Shown piece after piece: positions 39,781 to 54,734 of a DNA stretch of 64,000 nt. The stretch is from NCBI GenBank assembly GCA_002633005.1, contig NMRA01000033.1, positions 11,342-75,341 of the forward strand, written 5' to 3'. This DNA comes from Phoronis australis (Eukaryota; Animalia; Phoronida). Each line of letters begins with the position of its first letter. Position 1 is the first letter of the stretch. A program made the translations under genes and the position numbers. The notes under the pieces were generated by a model. That model was not told where the DNA came from. It was given only the letters and a program-made list of their open reading frames with translations, and made no database searches.

Positions 39781-40921
39781 GAGTACTAAGGAAGGTATAT
39801 TGCTATGGCAAACAAAACTCCTACGCCAACACGGAAAAACAGTTTCCAATGTAACACTGTGCCGTTGTTTGCAAATTTTAAGTTAGTAAACAATTAATAG
39901 TTAATGAAGTTATTCATGATGAATTTCTGGTTTCCGGCGTAATTCAAAGAAAATTTAACAAAGAATTGAAATTGTTAATAGAGTGCCTAACACTGGTCGT
40001 CTGCTATTGCAATCACTGCCAATCCACGTTATCGTGGATGGTTTACTGTATATATCTTGAATTATGGAAGCTACATTCGATTTACAATTGTCCCTGTGCT
40101 CTGACTCACGCTCAGGAGTTATAAGAGATTTCAGTGGCGTTCTGTTCCTACACCGACACATTTTGCCGCCTCACTCATCACCGACAGATTTGGCGAATGC
40201 GCACCTTTGGGTATGTGTGATAAATATGTTATATAACGTACGTGATGATAACTGTGGGTTATCATATGTGCGGGTTATTAAATTCAAACGTATATAATGG
40301 TTTAATTGGTAACAAATAGTGCGGGCTTCCTGCACGCCAGAAGTCCCAGTTTCTTTTGCAAGGCACAGAAGCAAAACACCCTTTTGGCTCTAATCGCAGA
40401 AGAATGGCAAATGAATTTTTTCTCCGTCTGCGTAGTTGGCTCTCTCGCAGTCTTCGCGTTCTTCACAGACTGCGCACTTTTCGTTCAACTACTACATATT
40501 TCCAATCGAGCACAATTTTCACAGCTCGAAAACACAAACATGACTTTAGTTTTTCGTCACATTGCCTCATCAGCTTCGGTGAAAAATCATCGATAATTGG
40601 GCTGGAGCTACACAACTGGTTGCGTTTGATGCCAAAACTAGAAAAAGTTCTTTGCAGTTTTAAATCAAGTGTTTCATCCCTACGCATTGTAAAACACACT
40701 TTTGAATCCCTGGCATTAAAAACACCATCAAATCTCAATAAGACCATAGTCTAGTGTTCATACTTCATACTTTATGAAACATTTTGGCACATCCTATAAT
40801 TTACACCTGAACTAATTTTGGAATAGTTCATTATTTATGATTGTGCTTAAGCGTGGTTTATGAAATGAAATTATCAGTTTTGTCCGATTATGTCAACTAT
40901 TTTTTCAGAACGCAGTGAGAC

Positions 40922-41066
40922 TTACGTACCTGTTTGTGACAGGCACTTTAGAGGTTGGTCCGACAGAACTGCTTACCTAGGTGTGGCAGGGACTTTAGAG
41001 GCTGGTCAATGAGAATTACGTGCCATAGTATTGCAACGTTTTAGTGGTTGGTCGACGAGAACCAAT
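40922..41066 (+). repeat. Degenerate minisatellite (unit about 45 bp), continuing at 44578-44700
   Basis: Recurring TACCTNGGTGTGACAGG / TTTAGAGGTTGGTC / AGAAC units on both sides of the inserted element. Confidence 0.65.
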
Positions 41067-44000
41067 GGGGCTATTCGGAAAATCTACAATAACTAGAGGG
41101 CGTGCGTGTACTAGTGGTGATAGAGTAACAGCCTCGATTTCGCGAGCCCTTTAAATACATGGTGAAATGGCTTGCAGCCGTGCCAACTGAATCTGAGATT
41201 GCGTAAAAAGGGTGCTTCTATGAGAGGAAGTGAGCATAACCTCATACAAAGGTAAGGTTTGTGATTATTTTTACGATTATTCCATGATTATTCTACCGGT
41301 GCCTGTTAACTGAGGCACTCGCCGATGTCGACTTCGCGGCAGTCAGTTGCCAGCCAGAGTCTGGTTAATCTTTATATGTTGTGATACGTGATACGATACT
41401 TGACGTAGCAATCGGGATCTTTTCGTACGTCAAAGCATTATTATTGTTTGGAATGATTTCTAAAAGTTTATCAGTGATAGTTACATCAATCAATTCTGAA
41501 TGTTTATGCTGTCAACTCGATACAGGTTAATGAGTTAAGATTACAATCCAATCCCAATGGCAAAGGGTACGTGAGTGATAAATATCCATTGCATTAGACT
41601 ATTTGTTTACTCCCTATCATATGTCTTCTGGAAATCTATTACACGTTGAAATGGAAATCTATCACGTCAGTTTTCACGTAACCTTTGGTTTTTAGGTTTG
41701 AAGGCTTGTACCGTGCAGAGGAGATATGCATCGCTTCTGCACCGTCCCTGAATGGACAAAAATTGGTTTTTAGCATTTGACTGCAGCTAACCAACAAGAT
41801 CTTCCCATCCAGTGCAGATCTGTTGTCAAAGCCTACTTTCAATATTGGAGACAACGAACAAAGCCTTTGAAAAGGAACAGCTATTTTTAAAGTCATTTTG
41901 TTAAATTACTTATTCAGGTCCTGAGGGGGGATTGGCATGGGGGGTTGTAATATTTGGTACAACTGAATGTGTGGAAATAACAGGTAATACATGTTTGGGG
42001 AAAAGAGCATGGTGAGGTAATTCTTAACCTTCACGAAGTCCCTTCAAGTTGATTTCATGAAACTGTTTTGCTACTTGTATCAATTGTAAAACCACGAAAA
42101 TATATTACATTTTCCGAATTCACAGTGACTGAATAGTCTTAACTCATGCCTTGAAATGTTGCAAGTCGTTATAAATTCAAATGACTGCCATTTTTGTGAA
42201 AATTGCATTTTTGATGGTGCCTTACGATTTGTAATTACTCTTAAACAACAGAAAGATTATCCATCATTTTTAAATGACCCAAGTCTTCATATCTTCTATT
42301 AGAAGAAAAACGGTTCCCTCAACCTTAGGCTAGAAGTATGCTTGACAGACCCATGAACCTGTAATCTGAGTTTAAAATTGCTGAAAGTATCAAAATTAAA
42401 AAGGCTTGAAAATGGGTAACAAAGGTTTGAAGTTGTCTCAAAAAACTTGTATATTTTACAGACAAGTGATGCGTTTAAAGAATTGTTATGGCTAGGGATA
42501 AAAAATAAAGACACAGTTTTATGCAATACTCATTATATACACCCTTGGTTTCTGAAAATAGTAATTATTTACTTTTATGTGAAACTGTAGACCAATCACC
42601 ATATATTTTTGAAAAACAGGGATAACATTTTTGATCCAATCTGGAGTACTTAATTATTCATATTTCAATATTTGTTCCAGGTTCAGTGACATTTTAAGGC
42701 CACTTCAAGCTGTATCATAGACAAGCTTTGTTACTCCGTTCTCTTCCCACAGCACTTCCACACACCAGCAGTGCTGCATGGCACAATGTGCAAGTCAGTG
42801 GCCCTGGAGAAATGTGAATCGCAGTACTAAGTTACCATAAGACAATGTGCCAGTGGAGTGTCTGTGTATCCAGACGAACTATATCTGACTGCTACACAAA
42901 TAAGCCTTGTTGGTGAGGATGCCCTTTCATAGGCAATGAGTCATGTGTGGACAATAGCTTATTTCCTTTCCTGGAAGAAACATGAGGGACTGAAGCTAAA
43001 GAAGACCTAGTCACACTCTGGTCTAGTTCAGAGTCTGATTTTGGGCTCAAAACGATTCAAGTGATATGCTGCTGTGTTTACCTTCAAGGGTCTAATTGTG
43101 GATGTTATTGAGGCTGAATGAGGTTACATGAAAGAAAGCCACGTGTTGAAACTGGACCTTTTTTACAAGCGCTTCTATAGGCCATTGAAACTAGAACCCA
43201 GTGAAATGAAAGCCAAAAGCTGAGTGACATTAAATTTTCCTTTCAGAAGAAAGGCTTTATACTATTGGTAAAAACTTTTCAATTTGGTACAGATTATGGG
43301 GAAATGACATTCAGTGACTGCATCGATTGTCTTATTGTATGTTTTCAATTGTAGCTAGCTGGATAAGAATCTGCTATGCACAAGATTCGAGAATAAACAA
43401 TTATCAGTGTATTTAAAAACAAATGGCAAACTGAAAAAGCACAGAAAGAAACAACATTGCGAGGGAGTCCATAATCAGGCATATCAGGTGCTGAATTTCT
43501 GAATTACGTTCAATTCTCTCAGGTTATTGCTGAAGGATTGCTTTTCACTTTGTCCAACGGTGAAATAGATGGTCAGGCGGTTGGTTTCAGTTGTTTTTTC
43601 TTGCCTGTAACAGAATAGAAATATTAGCAAATTGTAAAAGAAAAGACAAGACAAAACTACTTTTGTAAGGCAGAACATACTTGACATTTCATCTTCATGT
43701 TTATGTGTAGAAACTAATAACCTTTGTACCCAAGTCTTATTTAATATCTGAATTAAAATATGTGAAACAGGCTAAAAGTGATTTAACAATGTGTATTTTT
43801 CATGACACTTAAAATGTGCTTCTGATCTCAACAAGTAAAATTCATTCTAGGTGTCAATTTTTTTCCAATGCAATGTTACGACATTTACTGAATTAAGGCT
43901 TATTCATGTTAATTCGATAACTGAGCTGGTGGTCCTGGGGGTGGGGTCCACGATAAAATAAGGAAACTCACTCATCTAGAGAATTTTATTGGAAACAGCA

Positions 44001-44577
44001 TAGTTTTGAAGAGAAACTGCTGTGAAAAAGTCACTCTTGACTTCTGTGCATCACGTACCATACACCTCTTATTTTGGGAGCACTCCCACCCAGGACAATA
44101 TGAATATGTGCTGCTAGCCTACCCGGCATCGGGTGAGTTTCCAAAAAGAAACACTTAGTTCCACTCAATAAAACTGTTATTCAGTGGGGTAACTGGTGGG
44201 GATAACATCACCGAACGATGTTGATAGAAACTGATTGCTAAAAACTTACCAAGTAATGTTGTGTAGTCTCCGAATGGAAAGGCATAGTCATAGAGCACAC
44301 ACGGGGCTTCAGCATCCACACACTTTTTGTCAGTTAGTTGACCCTGTTGACCGCAATTGTCCACGAATATAGTAACCTTAGGTCTTTTGGGAATTTGTGG
44401 CCACCTGTCGAAGACTTGCACCAGGGAACTTAGCAGTAATAAGGCTTAGCGCGACGACGTATTTTGATAAAAATTCCATCTTTTACCAGTTGTTTACATG
44501 CAGACAGCCACGCATGCGCAATTTAATCACCACTAGTACAGCAGCGACACCGCGAGGAGAATTCTCCGAATAGCCCC
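41067..44577. mobile_element. ISL2EU (PIF/Harbinger-related) element, copy 1, both ends present
   Basis: TIRs GGGGCTATTCGGA / TCCGAATAGCCCC with AT on both sides. YqaJ-like remnant on + at about 42790-43200 (GVSVYPDELYLTAT, LKLKKT...VQ...VFTFK). THAP remnant on - at about 44260-44445 (C*VPWC..GGHKFPKD..W). Confidence 0.8.
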
Positions 44578-46543
44578 ATTACCTTGGTGTGACAGGGCTT
44601 CCAGTTGAAGGTTGAACTACCTACCTCGTTGTCTTTGGTAGTTGGTCAGCAGAGAACGATGTACCTTGGTGTGATAGCGTCTTTAAATGTTGTTCAGTCG
44701 CAGGCCTGTCACTAGTGTTTGACATTACTCCACTTCGGAGTGAAAAAGACTCTTGAGGTGCGCATAATGTTCGTAATTACGGAAATGCAACTTCACGTGT
44801 GGACAAAACTAATTAATGGCCGACAATTTCATTTTTGTCAAAAACACACGGCATTGCTGAAAATTTCAGGATTTCACCAGGCTTTAGCTGGGAAAATGTA
44901 CAAAGCATGGTGTACTGATACTGATGCTAAATTTTCTTCCCGATTGCCTTCGTCTAGAATTTTGATGAATATTATTTCACTATTCCACTGCTTTTACTAA
45001 AATTGACTGATAGGTTGTTTCATAACTTACGAAGTTGTTGTCGTTTCGTAATTCGTACGGCTCAGCTGCCTGCATCTTCTGAAGGAAAATAAAATAGCTT
45101 TGGTTTAGTCATGTGTCTACCCTAGACTACAAGCACAGCTGGGACAATAAATCTTCATTTAGGTTTGGCTGACACCGTAATAAACCAGGAAATGTTACTT
45201 CAAGTAAGTCAAGGGCACCGTTAAAATGACTGCTCCACTTAGCCTTACGGGGATTTAACAGACCAAATGAACTAATGGACTGAGCCGATTTCGAGTGAGC
45301 TTTCTTCAAAAACATTGGCTGATGAACGTCCTACAACAGAACACAAGCATATGATGGTTTGTCTCACGTATAGCTTTAAGCTGGAAAATGGTGAGGTTGG
45401 TGTCGGATTCAATTTTCTACTGTAGATAAAGAAAGCTTATCATCACTAACCAATTCTGCCGTGGTGTTCCGGGTTGAAACCACTGCAATTAATAAAGCTA
45501 CAATACCTACACATCGAGTGTGAGCTGGGGATAACCTTTTTTTTCTTACAGTCAAATAGCTATCAAAGCCCTAAAGAAACTGGGGGCAGCTCACGATCTG
45601 TTAATGTTGGCATTGATGAACCCGACACTGCACAAAACTTTGCATTTTCCAACACGACAAAAAGTGAAGCAAAACTGTTACCCTTTTTTGATCATTTGCA
45701 GCAGTCCAAAGGATATTGATTTTGTATACTGCTCACGCAATGTATATAGAACCATTTAAGAGATGTTCAGTTTCGTTAAAGATCAACTTTCGCACCACTT
45801 TTATTTTCCAAAATATCACCTTCGCCAAGTGTGGAGGGTGCAATAGGAACTATTTTATACCTTTTTCAAGTTCGTGAAAGATCGTCTTTCGCGTACCTCT
45901 CCTTTTTAAAGAATATCTTTTCCAAGTTCGGAAGGTGTGAAAGGAGTAATTTTACAGTTTTCAATTTCGTAAAATGCCAGATTCCTCATACCTCTTTCGA
46001 AAGATCCACCTTTAGGCAGAGTGGAAGGAACTAAAGGAAACATTTAAGTCTTTTCAATTTCCTTTCCCACATTTTTTGCTTTAAAGTTATGAAAAGGGGA
46101 CTCTTGCAGCTTTAAAATTTTGTGAACAACCCCTTTTTGCATACCTTTTCATTCTTGAAAAATTATCAGGTAAACCAGTAAGATAATCAGACTTGTTTCG
46201 TGTTTTAAGAAAATTTTGTTTTTTCATGATTTTTGAAGGTGATTCAAAACAGTCTGAGAACGCTCAATTAGTTTCCGTCTGATATTTTGGTTGTTACTGT
46301 TGTTTTTCAATACACATGTCTTCAAAGACGAATCGTTTCTTTTTGTGATTAGTGAAACTACAATAACAGCTGGGATTGTGTACCTTTTATTCAGTGATGT
46401 ATTTCTAACGTCCATTCAGTGGCATCGTGCTGTCACCAACCAAATATGTTAACGTTCACTTAGTTCTCAATCAACAAAAAATATATCATTCTGTATCAAC
46501 AGCTCGCGAAAAGCGTTGAACAAATGCGGGACACATTAAGTAC

Positions 46544-49500
46544 TAGTCCACGAGACCACCAACCAGCCAGCGGCAAGGTGGGGGTCAACAGATTTTCACC
46601 AAATTTGGCACATAGGTAGTCCTATAGGATCCATAAACATTGGTGAAATATTTCCTAAAAATATTACGTTTTACCAAAATTATAGGTTCAAACACATTTT
46701 AGGGCTTCGCAGCCATGTTTTCACGGTATAAAAACTGTCCAGTTTTAACTGTATATATTTTTCCTTGAATGAAAGCTATTGAACTATTATTCACTTGGAA
46801 TTGTTTAGTGGTGCCCATAGATTGTTACACAGATGTCTTGAAAGAAAGATTCCGATTTACCACCCTCATTTAGTAGTTTTACTACACTGCCCCCCCCCCG
46901 TTATGCCAATTTGAGGTTATGCTCAGTACACTGCTGTACCAAATCTGCCCCCACTGCTATGAGAATGAAACCTAGCCAAAATGCTTACAAAACATGTTAC
47001 TTTCATTGCATTGTCAGCCAGTTGATTAGTTATACATTTTGGCACTTCAAATGTACTAAAATGAGAATTTTTAAAATATCTGAGATCGATGCGTGTTTGT
47101 TCCTCCTGAATGTTTTGAATGTTTTACTACTTACCACCTAGGGCTACGGTACTCCTAGATACCATACATAGCAACATTTTGTTAAAAAGCCGATTATGTC
47201 CTCCACAGTGAACAGGGTTAGACATGAACTCGACAAACTGTAGATTATTTTGATTTACAGTTGTTATGCCTTGCAATTTCCTCATGGGTATTTCTTCACA
47301 CATATTCAAGTCTCATATTCTGTTGATCAAATGTTCATGCAATGCATTGTAATATCAACTGAATGATAAGTTTGGTGGCATGACCACAATTTTCCCACGA
47401 CTTACAACAAAAGACCGCAGAAATTTTCCTGACGAAATACTGGGTTTTCAGTTCTCTAAAAACATTAGAATGACAAGACAAACTCCACCACTGTCTGTGG
47501 CAACTCGTCGCATAGTTATCGCTCATCGGTCCTATTATTGTTTTCCTTTGTTGTGTCATTGTTGGATATAACAACACAGATCGCATGGACATAGAACTTT
47601 GCGTCCATCAGAAAGTTGCCGATAAGAGCTTGTCATTATCTTTACGTATTATAACAACGGGAACAATGAAGATGCTAACCTATTGTTCTCTATGCGATCA
47701 GGTTTCCCCGTGGATGACCACAGAAGAGGAATCCCAAAGTATCCACAATGACCACGCACCTCAGCAACTATTACCGCGCACAAGAATCCTTCCCGTGGAA
47801 CCTAAACACCAAATTTTTATATCCATATATTGTGTTGTATTGCTCATGGTACGGGTTCAGACTCCGCTGCATTAAGATTCCAATCCCAAACCCTGTAGTT
47901 TGTAGTTTGAGTCAAATTTCTAGACAATGCAGGTTTATGGATTTACTCTCGTTTAAATGAAGAGTAAAAATCAAATTCTGCACTGGTTTTTTAAAAGTAA
48001 TCACTTATTGGAAGATCACACGTCTAAAAAATAAAACAATGTTTGACGATTTTATTCCTTATCTTATTTGAAAGTTGCCTACCTCACAGACAACACATCT
48101 AAGTTGAAAACATTCCTTGTGAAAAAAATACAAAATACCAACCAGAGACTTGTATACTACAAAATATGTTTTCATAATACAATACAAAGATAACTGTACA
48201 GTCAAAAGTGCAATGTTATGACTAACAAAAACTGCCTTCTAGATCTTTTCAACACTCCAATTGCTACAGGACAGAGTCAACCACAAAACCCCATAAAGTC
48301 AGGGAGTTACGTTTAAGGTAATGTAGTCTCACTGCGAAAAAGTGATTTCACAATGTCGCTGACAACACTGGAAATTTCTTCTTCACAAACTTGAGGTAGC
48401 TGTATGTAGCACATCAATGTTCTCATCAAAAATAACCACCACAAAATGAAAAATTGGCTCCTCGGTTCCAATTAGACAGCATTTTTACAATGAAATGGTC
48501 ATAAAAAATACTTTTGTAACATGGTTTGCATTACAATTGCCGTACGATTACAGTTGTACATACATACCAGAAACAGAATTACCCGTGGGAACCATAAAAT
48601 GGTCAATTCACCAAAAACCAATGAGTCACCAGAGCTAATGTGCCAATACTTTTCAGTATTGCATTAAAAAAACATTTGAAGTGGACCACCTAAAATCACA
48701 CAAAACAACTTTTGATTCAGACATTTTACCATCATGAAATGGGTATTATTTCCAGGTCACTTCGTTGCAATTCCAGAAATCACTTCTCATCTGGATAAGC
48801 AACAAATTGAGCAAGGTTTATAGAGGAAAATGGTCTAAATCAAAACTTTATATCCTGGACAGAATGTGGGTTTATAACCCAGGCAGAAAGATAAGTAAAC
48901 AAAACCAGCCTAACAGGAACAGGGGCTCAAATTTCAGTAATACCCGTTCACAAACAAAAATCTATACTGGTAAATAAAATGCAGAAACATAAATTTAGAT
49001 CAGTTACGCAATTTCAAGGAAAAGAAACAGTACAGTGGTCAGAAATCATCTAAATGTGATGGCCACACTGAGAAATCCTTTCTGACCAAAATCTCCAGTG
49101 CCACTGCTGGATTTATCAGATCAGCCAGAGTATTTACAGGTCCAGTCACTATACTGTTTCCTCCCTTTGAATATATACAATGCTACATCCTTGACAATCT
49201 TAGAGTGCAGATTGTCTCTTTCCAATGCATACTCCACTTCCTCTGTCCCAGTTCCCCCCCCCCCCCCNCCCCCCCCCCCCCATTTGCTGAGAGTGGCCTA
49301 TCTCAACAAATTACTTTGGACCTGTTGTGGTATAAGCCAGTAATCTTTGGCAAATACTTTTTCCCCAACTCGTTCCTCAAGTTACAAATTCTCTTTGACA
49401 CATCTTCTGGGAGTAGACTTCTCGGCCTCTCTCTAGCCCCCTCATTTAAGGGCACCTTCTTGCTGGTTTTGAACTTTCCCATACCCAAGCTTTACTAATA

Positions 49501-51349
49501 ATCGGCAGGTCTCCAACTTCAGCAGTATCCACATCGTCAGCATAAGCCTTTTCAAGATTCCTAAAATTGTATTAATGAAAAATTAAACATATTAAATTTA
49601 ATGTGGCCATTTCGGCTCAGAAAATATGAATACCAAGCTTTAAGTGAAGGCATCACAAATAAGAGAGATTTGATTATAAAAATTTACAAAATGAATGTAC
49701 GTGACAGCAGGACAAAGGTATAAAACAGAAGTATGGCACATTACATGTTGAAAATAATGAGACTAACTTAAATTATCCGCGCTACCTATTTGTCAGCGTT
49801 CATTGTGAAATGAATGAGTTGAACATTATATTTCTCTTCATAACATTGAAACATAAAACAATTGACCAAAGTAATTTTTTGAAGAATACACAATATTTTT
49901 GACGGCTTTAGCATGTTTAATTAACTTCATATTCAATCGTAGAAATTCATTGGCAGACATAACATACTCCCTAGTCGCTAAAAGTAGGTTATGGGCAGAA
50001 ACCATGTAACACATTTGGTGGTTATTATGAAAAGTTATGATGACTACCTGTTTCCTATGCCAATGTACATGTATACATGCACTGCATATACATCAACACA
50101 TTTCAATAAGACATGATTAAGCAATAAGGCCCAAGTTATAAGCAATCACGGTGTGTCAATAAAAGTATTTTTGCATGAATGACGTGCTCCTAAAAAATAT
50201 TCCTCTGACCCTGGAGTTTGGTGATTCCTACCTGAGCTCACACGAAGCAGGACGTTGAACCTTGACTTAACGTCTTTGGTCATTTTTTCAGACCTCTATC
50301 AGATTTCTCCTCTAGTGTGCAGTGGCTGTACTCAGTGTCTTTGGCGACGCCAATATATCTCGAGGGTTGTAACGATGATTCGGGCAAGTGAATCTACTAC
50401 AGTAGATTATGTAGCTCCTGCTTCACACCTGCCTCCGAGGCGGACACTGAGACAGACTACTTCTCAGGACACGTTCCACCTCCACATCAGCTCCCCTCAC
50501 TTTTGTGTTCTCCAATGTCTTGCTCTGTTCCTTGTGCATTTTCCAAGAGTTTCCAAAGTTGTTAGTTTCTCTCCGCAATTTGTAAAAATACCACATTCGA
50601 TGCGACTGGCAATGCCAGATAAATAGCCATTATTCAACTAACGCATTGTATGTTTAGTTTGGTATTCAGACGAGTTGGATGAACAAATCTAGTATAATTT
50701 CATATTATAGTGGGAACTACTAGTGTCCTTGAAATTAATTAAAAACATTTAAGCAAACCAATTCTTTTAATTGTTGTACTATACCACGGTATTTTAATGC
50801 GTAGAAACGGCGCACAACTAGTGACTGGTTTAACACGTCAAATACACGTACGCGGCCTGAAAATTGTGAAATTCAGACACCTATTACCAAGCTTGCCTGA
50901 AGGGCTGACAAAGTGAAGTCTTCTACATGTCCATGTTATTATTTTTAGTTTTCAAGGGGGGGGCAGCTTCGCTATAAGGGTACAACTTTCTGCTGGTTTA
51001 CCACTAGAATAAAATGTACCTCCACCGAAACAGTGTGGGTGCTGTTTTACTTACATTGGTCATGAACCTATCATGTGATATCAAAATTGCTTAGAAAAGA
51101 TTCTGTTTGAAGCAGAAACTGGAGTAGAAAATTTGGTCAAAAATGACTCATTCCACACCAAGAAATTGCCTCATTTTGACCCCCCAAGAAGACTTCCCTT
51201 GTATCTCCTATACCACTAAAGTTTGTGGTGTCATACTTCACCCAATTTCTCTCATCCCTATTGTGATTTATTAGACTAAACATGAATCTGAATGGCTGAC
51301 CCCCCCNGCCGCTTGTTGCCTGTACGGTGCTTGGTGGATCCGTGGACAG
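46544..51349 (-). mobile_element. Second Academ-like element, decayed, with spliced ORF remnants
   Basis: Left end TAGTCCACGAGACCACCAA versus right end TTGGTGGATCCGTGGAC. Exon-like remnants at about 50233-50620 (CPNHRY, GT donor) and about 49100-49561 (AG acceptor). No clean TSD. Confidence 0.5.
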
Positions 51350-53029
51350 ATAATTAACTTTCAAAGATTAGAAAAAATGAACACCTGACAATACAAACTT
51401 GTAACACCATTTTAATTCTTAGAGATGCACCGCAGTCTTTCGTGGGAAACAGAAGTATCGACGTTTAAATTTGCAGTACATTTTAAATACATGAAAGGCG
51501 AAAACGGAACTTCTCGTTTTATAAAAAGGCACAAGATACGAAAATGCAAAGTATTTCGAATTAATGAAAGATCAAAGGTGACTTTGGCAAGACCAACTGT
51601 AAAACGCAAGTTTGAGGAATCGTTTCAATTATAAAAGTTGAACGACGACTGCACTTAAAACAGAAGGCTGTAAAAAGAGACAGGCGTCTTTTTGGACGGC
51701 AAGAGATTACATATGACCTTTCAATATTTAGCCTAATGTGACGGGACGTTCGTAACTTTACGCTTATTGTTATTCTTATTTACTTGCAAATGTTCGGTTA
51801 TTCTTATGCTAATGTCTTTGTTGCGTCTCAGTACGCCTTTGTTACGTGGGCACGCGGTCGCGACTGTATGTGTCGGGCACTTCACTAGCTACAGGCTTAG
51901 GAGAAGGGTGTTTCCTTCATTTGCCTACATGAAATTGATTGTCATCATGTGTAACTGAACTGAACGTATGCCTGATGAGGAAAAATACTTATTTTTGATG
52001 CTCAGTGGAGACTTGCTCTGTTACACTAATGAAAGATGATAGCTGGGTACACGTTTTCTTTTCTGGAATGTGAAAAATAAGAGGAGAACGAAAACTGGCG
52101 GACTGTCTTGCGCACACATTTTGGGCGTGGTAAATGTCAAAACAGACAAGTGAGATGAAACAGTCCAATTAATATAAGTTTAATTGTAGTACTTCGTAAC
52201 AGGAAAAGAAATAATGTAACCGAAAGGAAATAGAAACATTAAACCATACGAGCTTGCAGTACCTTAAAATATGTGAAAGACTATAATTCTGTGAAAAAAG
52301 GTGTGACATGGGGGTAACATGTGATGTTCTTGTACGATAAAAGGTGCAACGTGTGAACATACAAAGCCTTTGGAGTTTTTGAGAGGAGAGGTTGCATTTT
52401 TGTAAATGGAATGTGTTAAGTACGTCCTTAAAATACCTTTTCAGTTAATGAATGGTGAACGGTGGTCTTCGGTAAACGAAATGGTGCAAAAAGTGCGGGA
52501 TCACTTTGCAAACATGTTGCACAAAGTGAAAAACGTTGGAAAGGTAAGGTTTCGTGCAGTGTTACAACCTTGCAGCCGACAGAAGTGTAGGCACTGAGGC
52601 GGTGTTCAGTAGACTCATGAACTTTACGCAGTCCAGTAGGATCCTACAGGAAATTCCAAAAGTAGTCCAACATCTTACAGGATTCTGTCTGATACAATAG
52701 GATGTATTATAGAAATTTCTGTAGAATTTTATAGAAATTCCTAAATGATCCCGAAGTATCTTTCTTTCGAAACACCAGCATTGAATGTCAAGGCCCTCGC
52801 TCAGTCTTCTGATCCGGCATATTTTTTTGTAACAAGGGTCCGCTCAAACACGTTAAGTTGTAAACATTTTCGACATCATACGAGGTACAAATTTATTCAA
52901 TTAGCAAGTTTGCCTGGGTGGTTAAAATGGTTTCAACAGTCTTCTTTGTTTTGGCCTGGGTTTCCAGTCGTTCAATCGGGCTTCGAACAACCACAGGCGA
53001 AATCGCAAAAAGCGCAATACAAGTTCTTA

Positions 53030-53300
53030 GAATTATAGAAGTGGTCGTTTCAAATTACCTTTATGATCTCGTACAGGTGTATCTCTTTCTTGCCAACGAC
53101 CGTGTGCATGTGTACAGTGGATCTACTGAAGCCCACTAGTTCCATGCGAATGTTGTTAGACGGGTGATCTTTGGTATTGCTGATCTGAAAAGAATAAATT
53201 TTTAGGCTTTTTCGTCGAGAAGATAATCCTCGTTCCACTTTTGAACAAAGCGTGTCCTGTGCTGGTCGAAATCGTTACAACAGCCCAAATTGTCACACGC
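53030..53300 (-). mobile_element. THAP-like remnant next to a TTAA|AGGGG Kolobok-like end at about 53404
   Basis: CDNLGCCN...KIYSF...KVI*NDHF across frameshifts. Confidence 0.4.
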
Positions 53301-54734
53301 GAAGAGACAATTTAGGCAATCTATGTCTACTTTAAAAGCAAATGCTGATTCAAATCTTCACAATCCAGCAGCTGAGAGACACTGAGCAAAATACAGGGTT
53401 TTCTTAAAGGGGCATGGAACGTGATAGCTCGTCAAAATATTTTTTAAACAAATCCTGACGAAAATACCATCTCACAGCGTCTAGTACAGAGTAATTCATT
53501 TCCCGCTGTGAGGAAATTTCCATTAAAAGTCACTAAATTCACAATTTGTGAAATACGCGCGAAGCAAAAACTCTGTGGTTACCACGGAGTTTCTGATCTC
53601 CCTCCCATTTATCATAAATGCACGCATGCGCTTACAGTCAGTTGCTTAAAGTCGCCTGAGGTCAAAGGTCACATTTTCCATATAAGAGAAATGTGTTACG
53701 CCTCTGTCTTGCCATACCAAATAAGGAGACGTGCTATGCTTTGTGGGAGAAAAAATCGACGAAGTGGCGAGCAGTTGACAGGTCATTTTTTAATTTAAAA
53801 CTAAAAGAAAATGCTTTGATACCAAGAGACTTTAAAAATCTCTACGAACAAACCATAAAAATACCTGGTGAGCAGGTTGAATTCTGTTTCATTGGCAGAG
53901 AACCACTTTCAATATTGCAATTTATTCTGTTAATCGCCTTCCAGGACAGGATTTGTTTAGGATATCTATCGTAGAGTTGTCCGAGGACACAATTCAACTA
54001 ATTTTTGTTTAGATGTAAAAGGCATCTATTGTTAGTCTTAATTTGGTGGCCCTTCAAGAAGACGCTTCTCGCCTGATTACACGGAACCAAAGTATAACAA
54101 TACCCCTTCCATTGCACTCGCACAATTAAATTTCTAATGCGGTGACGCTGACCTGTTGTTCTTCAAGGCATGTGCATTGGGAATGTGAAAGGACTCTTAC
54201 GATAGAAGTTTCGTAAAAAATATACTCACGTCTTGTAATATTAAATGTCTGACGTTATCGAAAACCAGCGTAGCTGATAAGTCCCTCACGTGCACTTTCT
54301 CAGGGCTGGTGCATACCTTTTCCATGCCAACAATAAATCTTATGTAGACATTGACATCTTCGTTTTTGGCGAAGAGTACGTTGAATAGGAAAAGTCACGC
54401 AACGGTTGGTTAAAGTAAACTGAATTAGATATAATGATAGCCTGAATTGACTGTACAGTGAAGATTTTCTGCGCAGTTTTCAATTTAAGGAGAATTTTAT
54501 TGTTCAATTTTTCCCAGAAAGCAATGTCTCATTTATGTTCTGAGAACTTTTGATAACAGGCACATAAGAAAATACTCACAGAATATAGAATTGATTAACC
54601 AAAATGCACTGAATAGATAATTATAAGCTTCTGCAGAAACAGATCATGATAACTTCACATAAATACTGATTCCTTAAAAACCAAAAATACACTAGAACTG
54701 TTTGGAGATTACACAATGGGTGACGACTAACGTT

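Noticed and set aside
49254-49281. Poly-C run as a G-quadruplex or poly-Pro coding segment
   Set aside because: It is a homopolymer containing an N, so the sequence is unreliable, and it lies within a decayed TE.
51970-52010. CTGATGAG followed by a small stem as a hammerhead
   Set aside because: There is no GAAA core after the stem.
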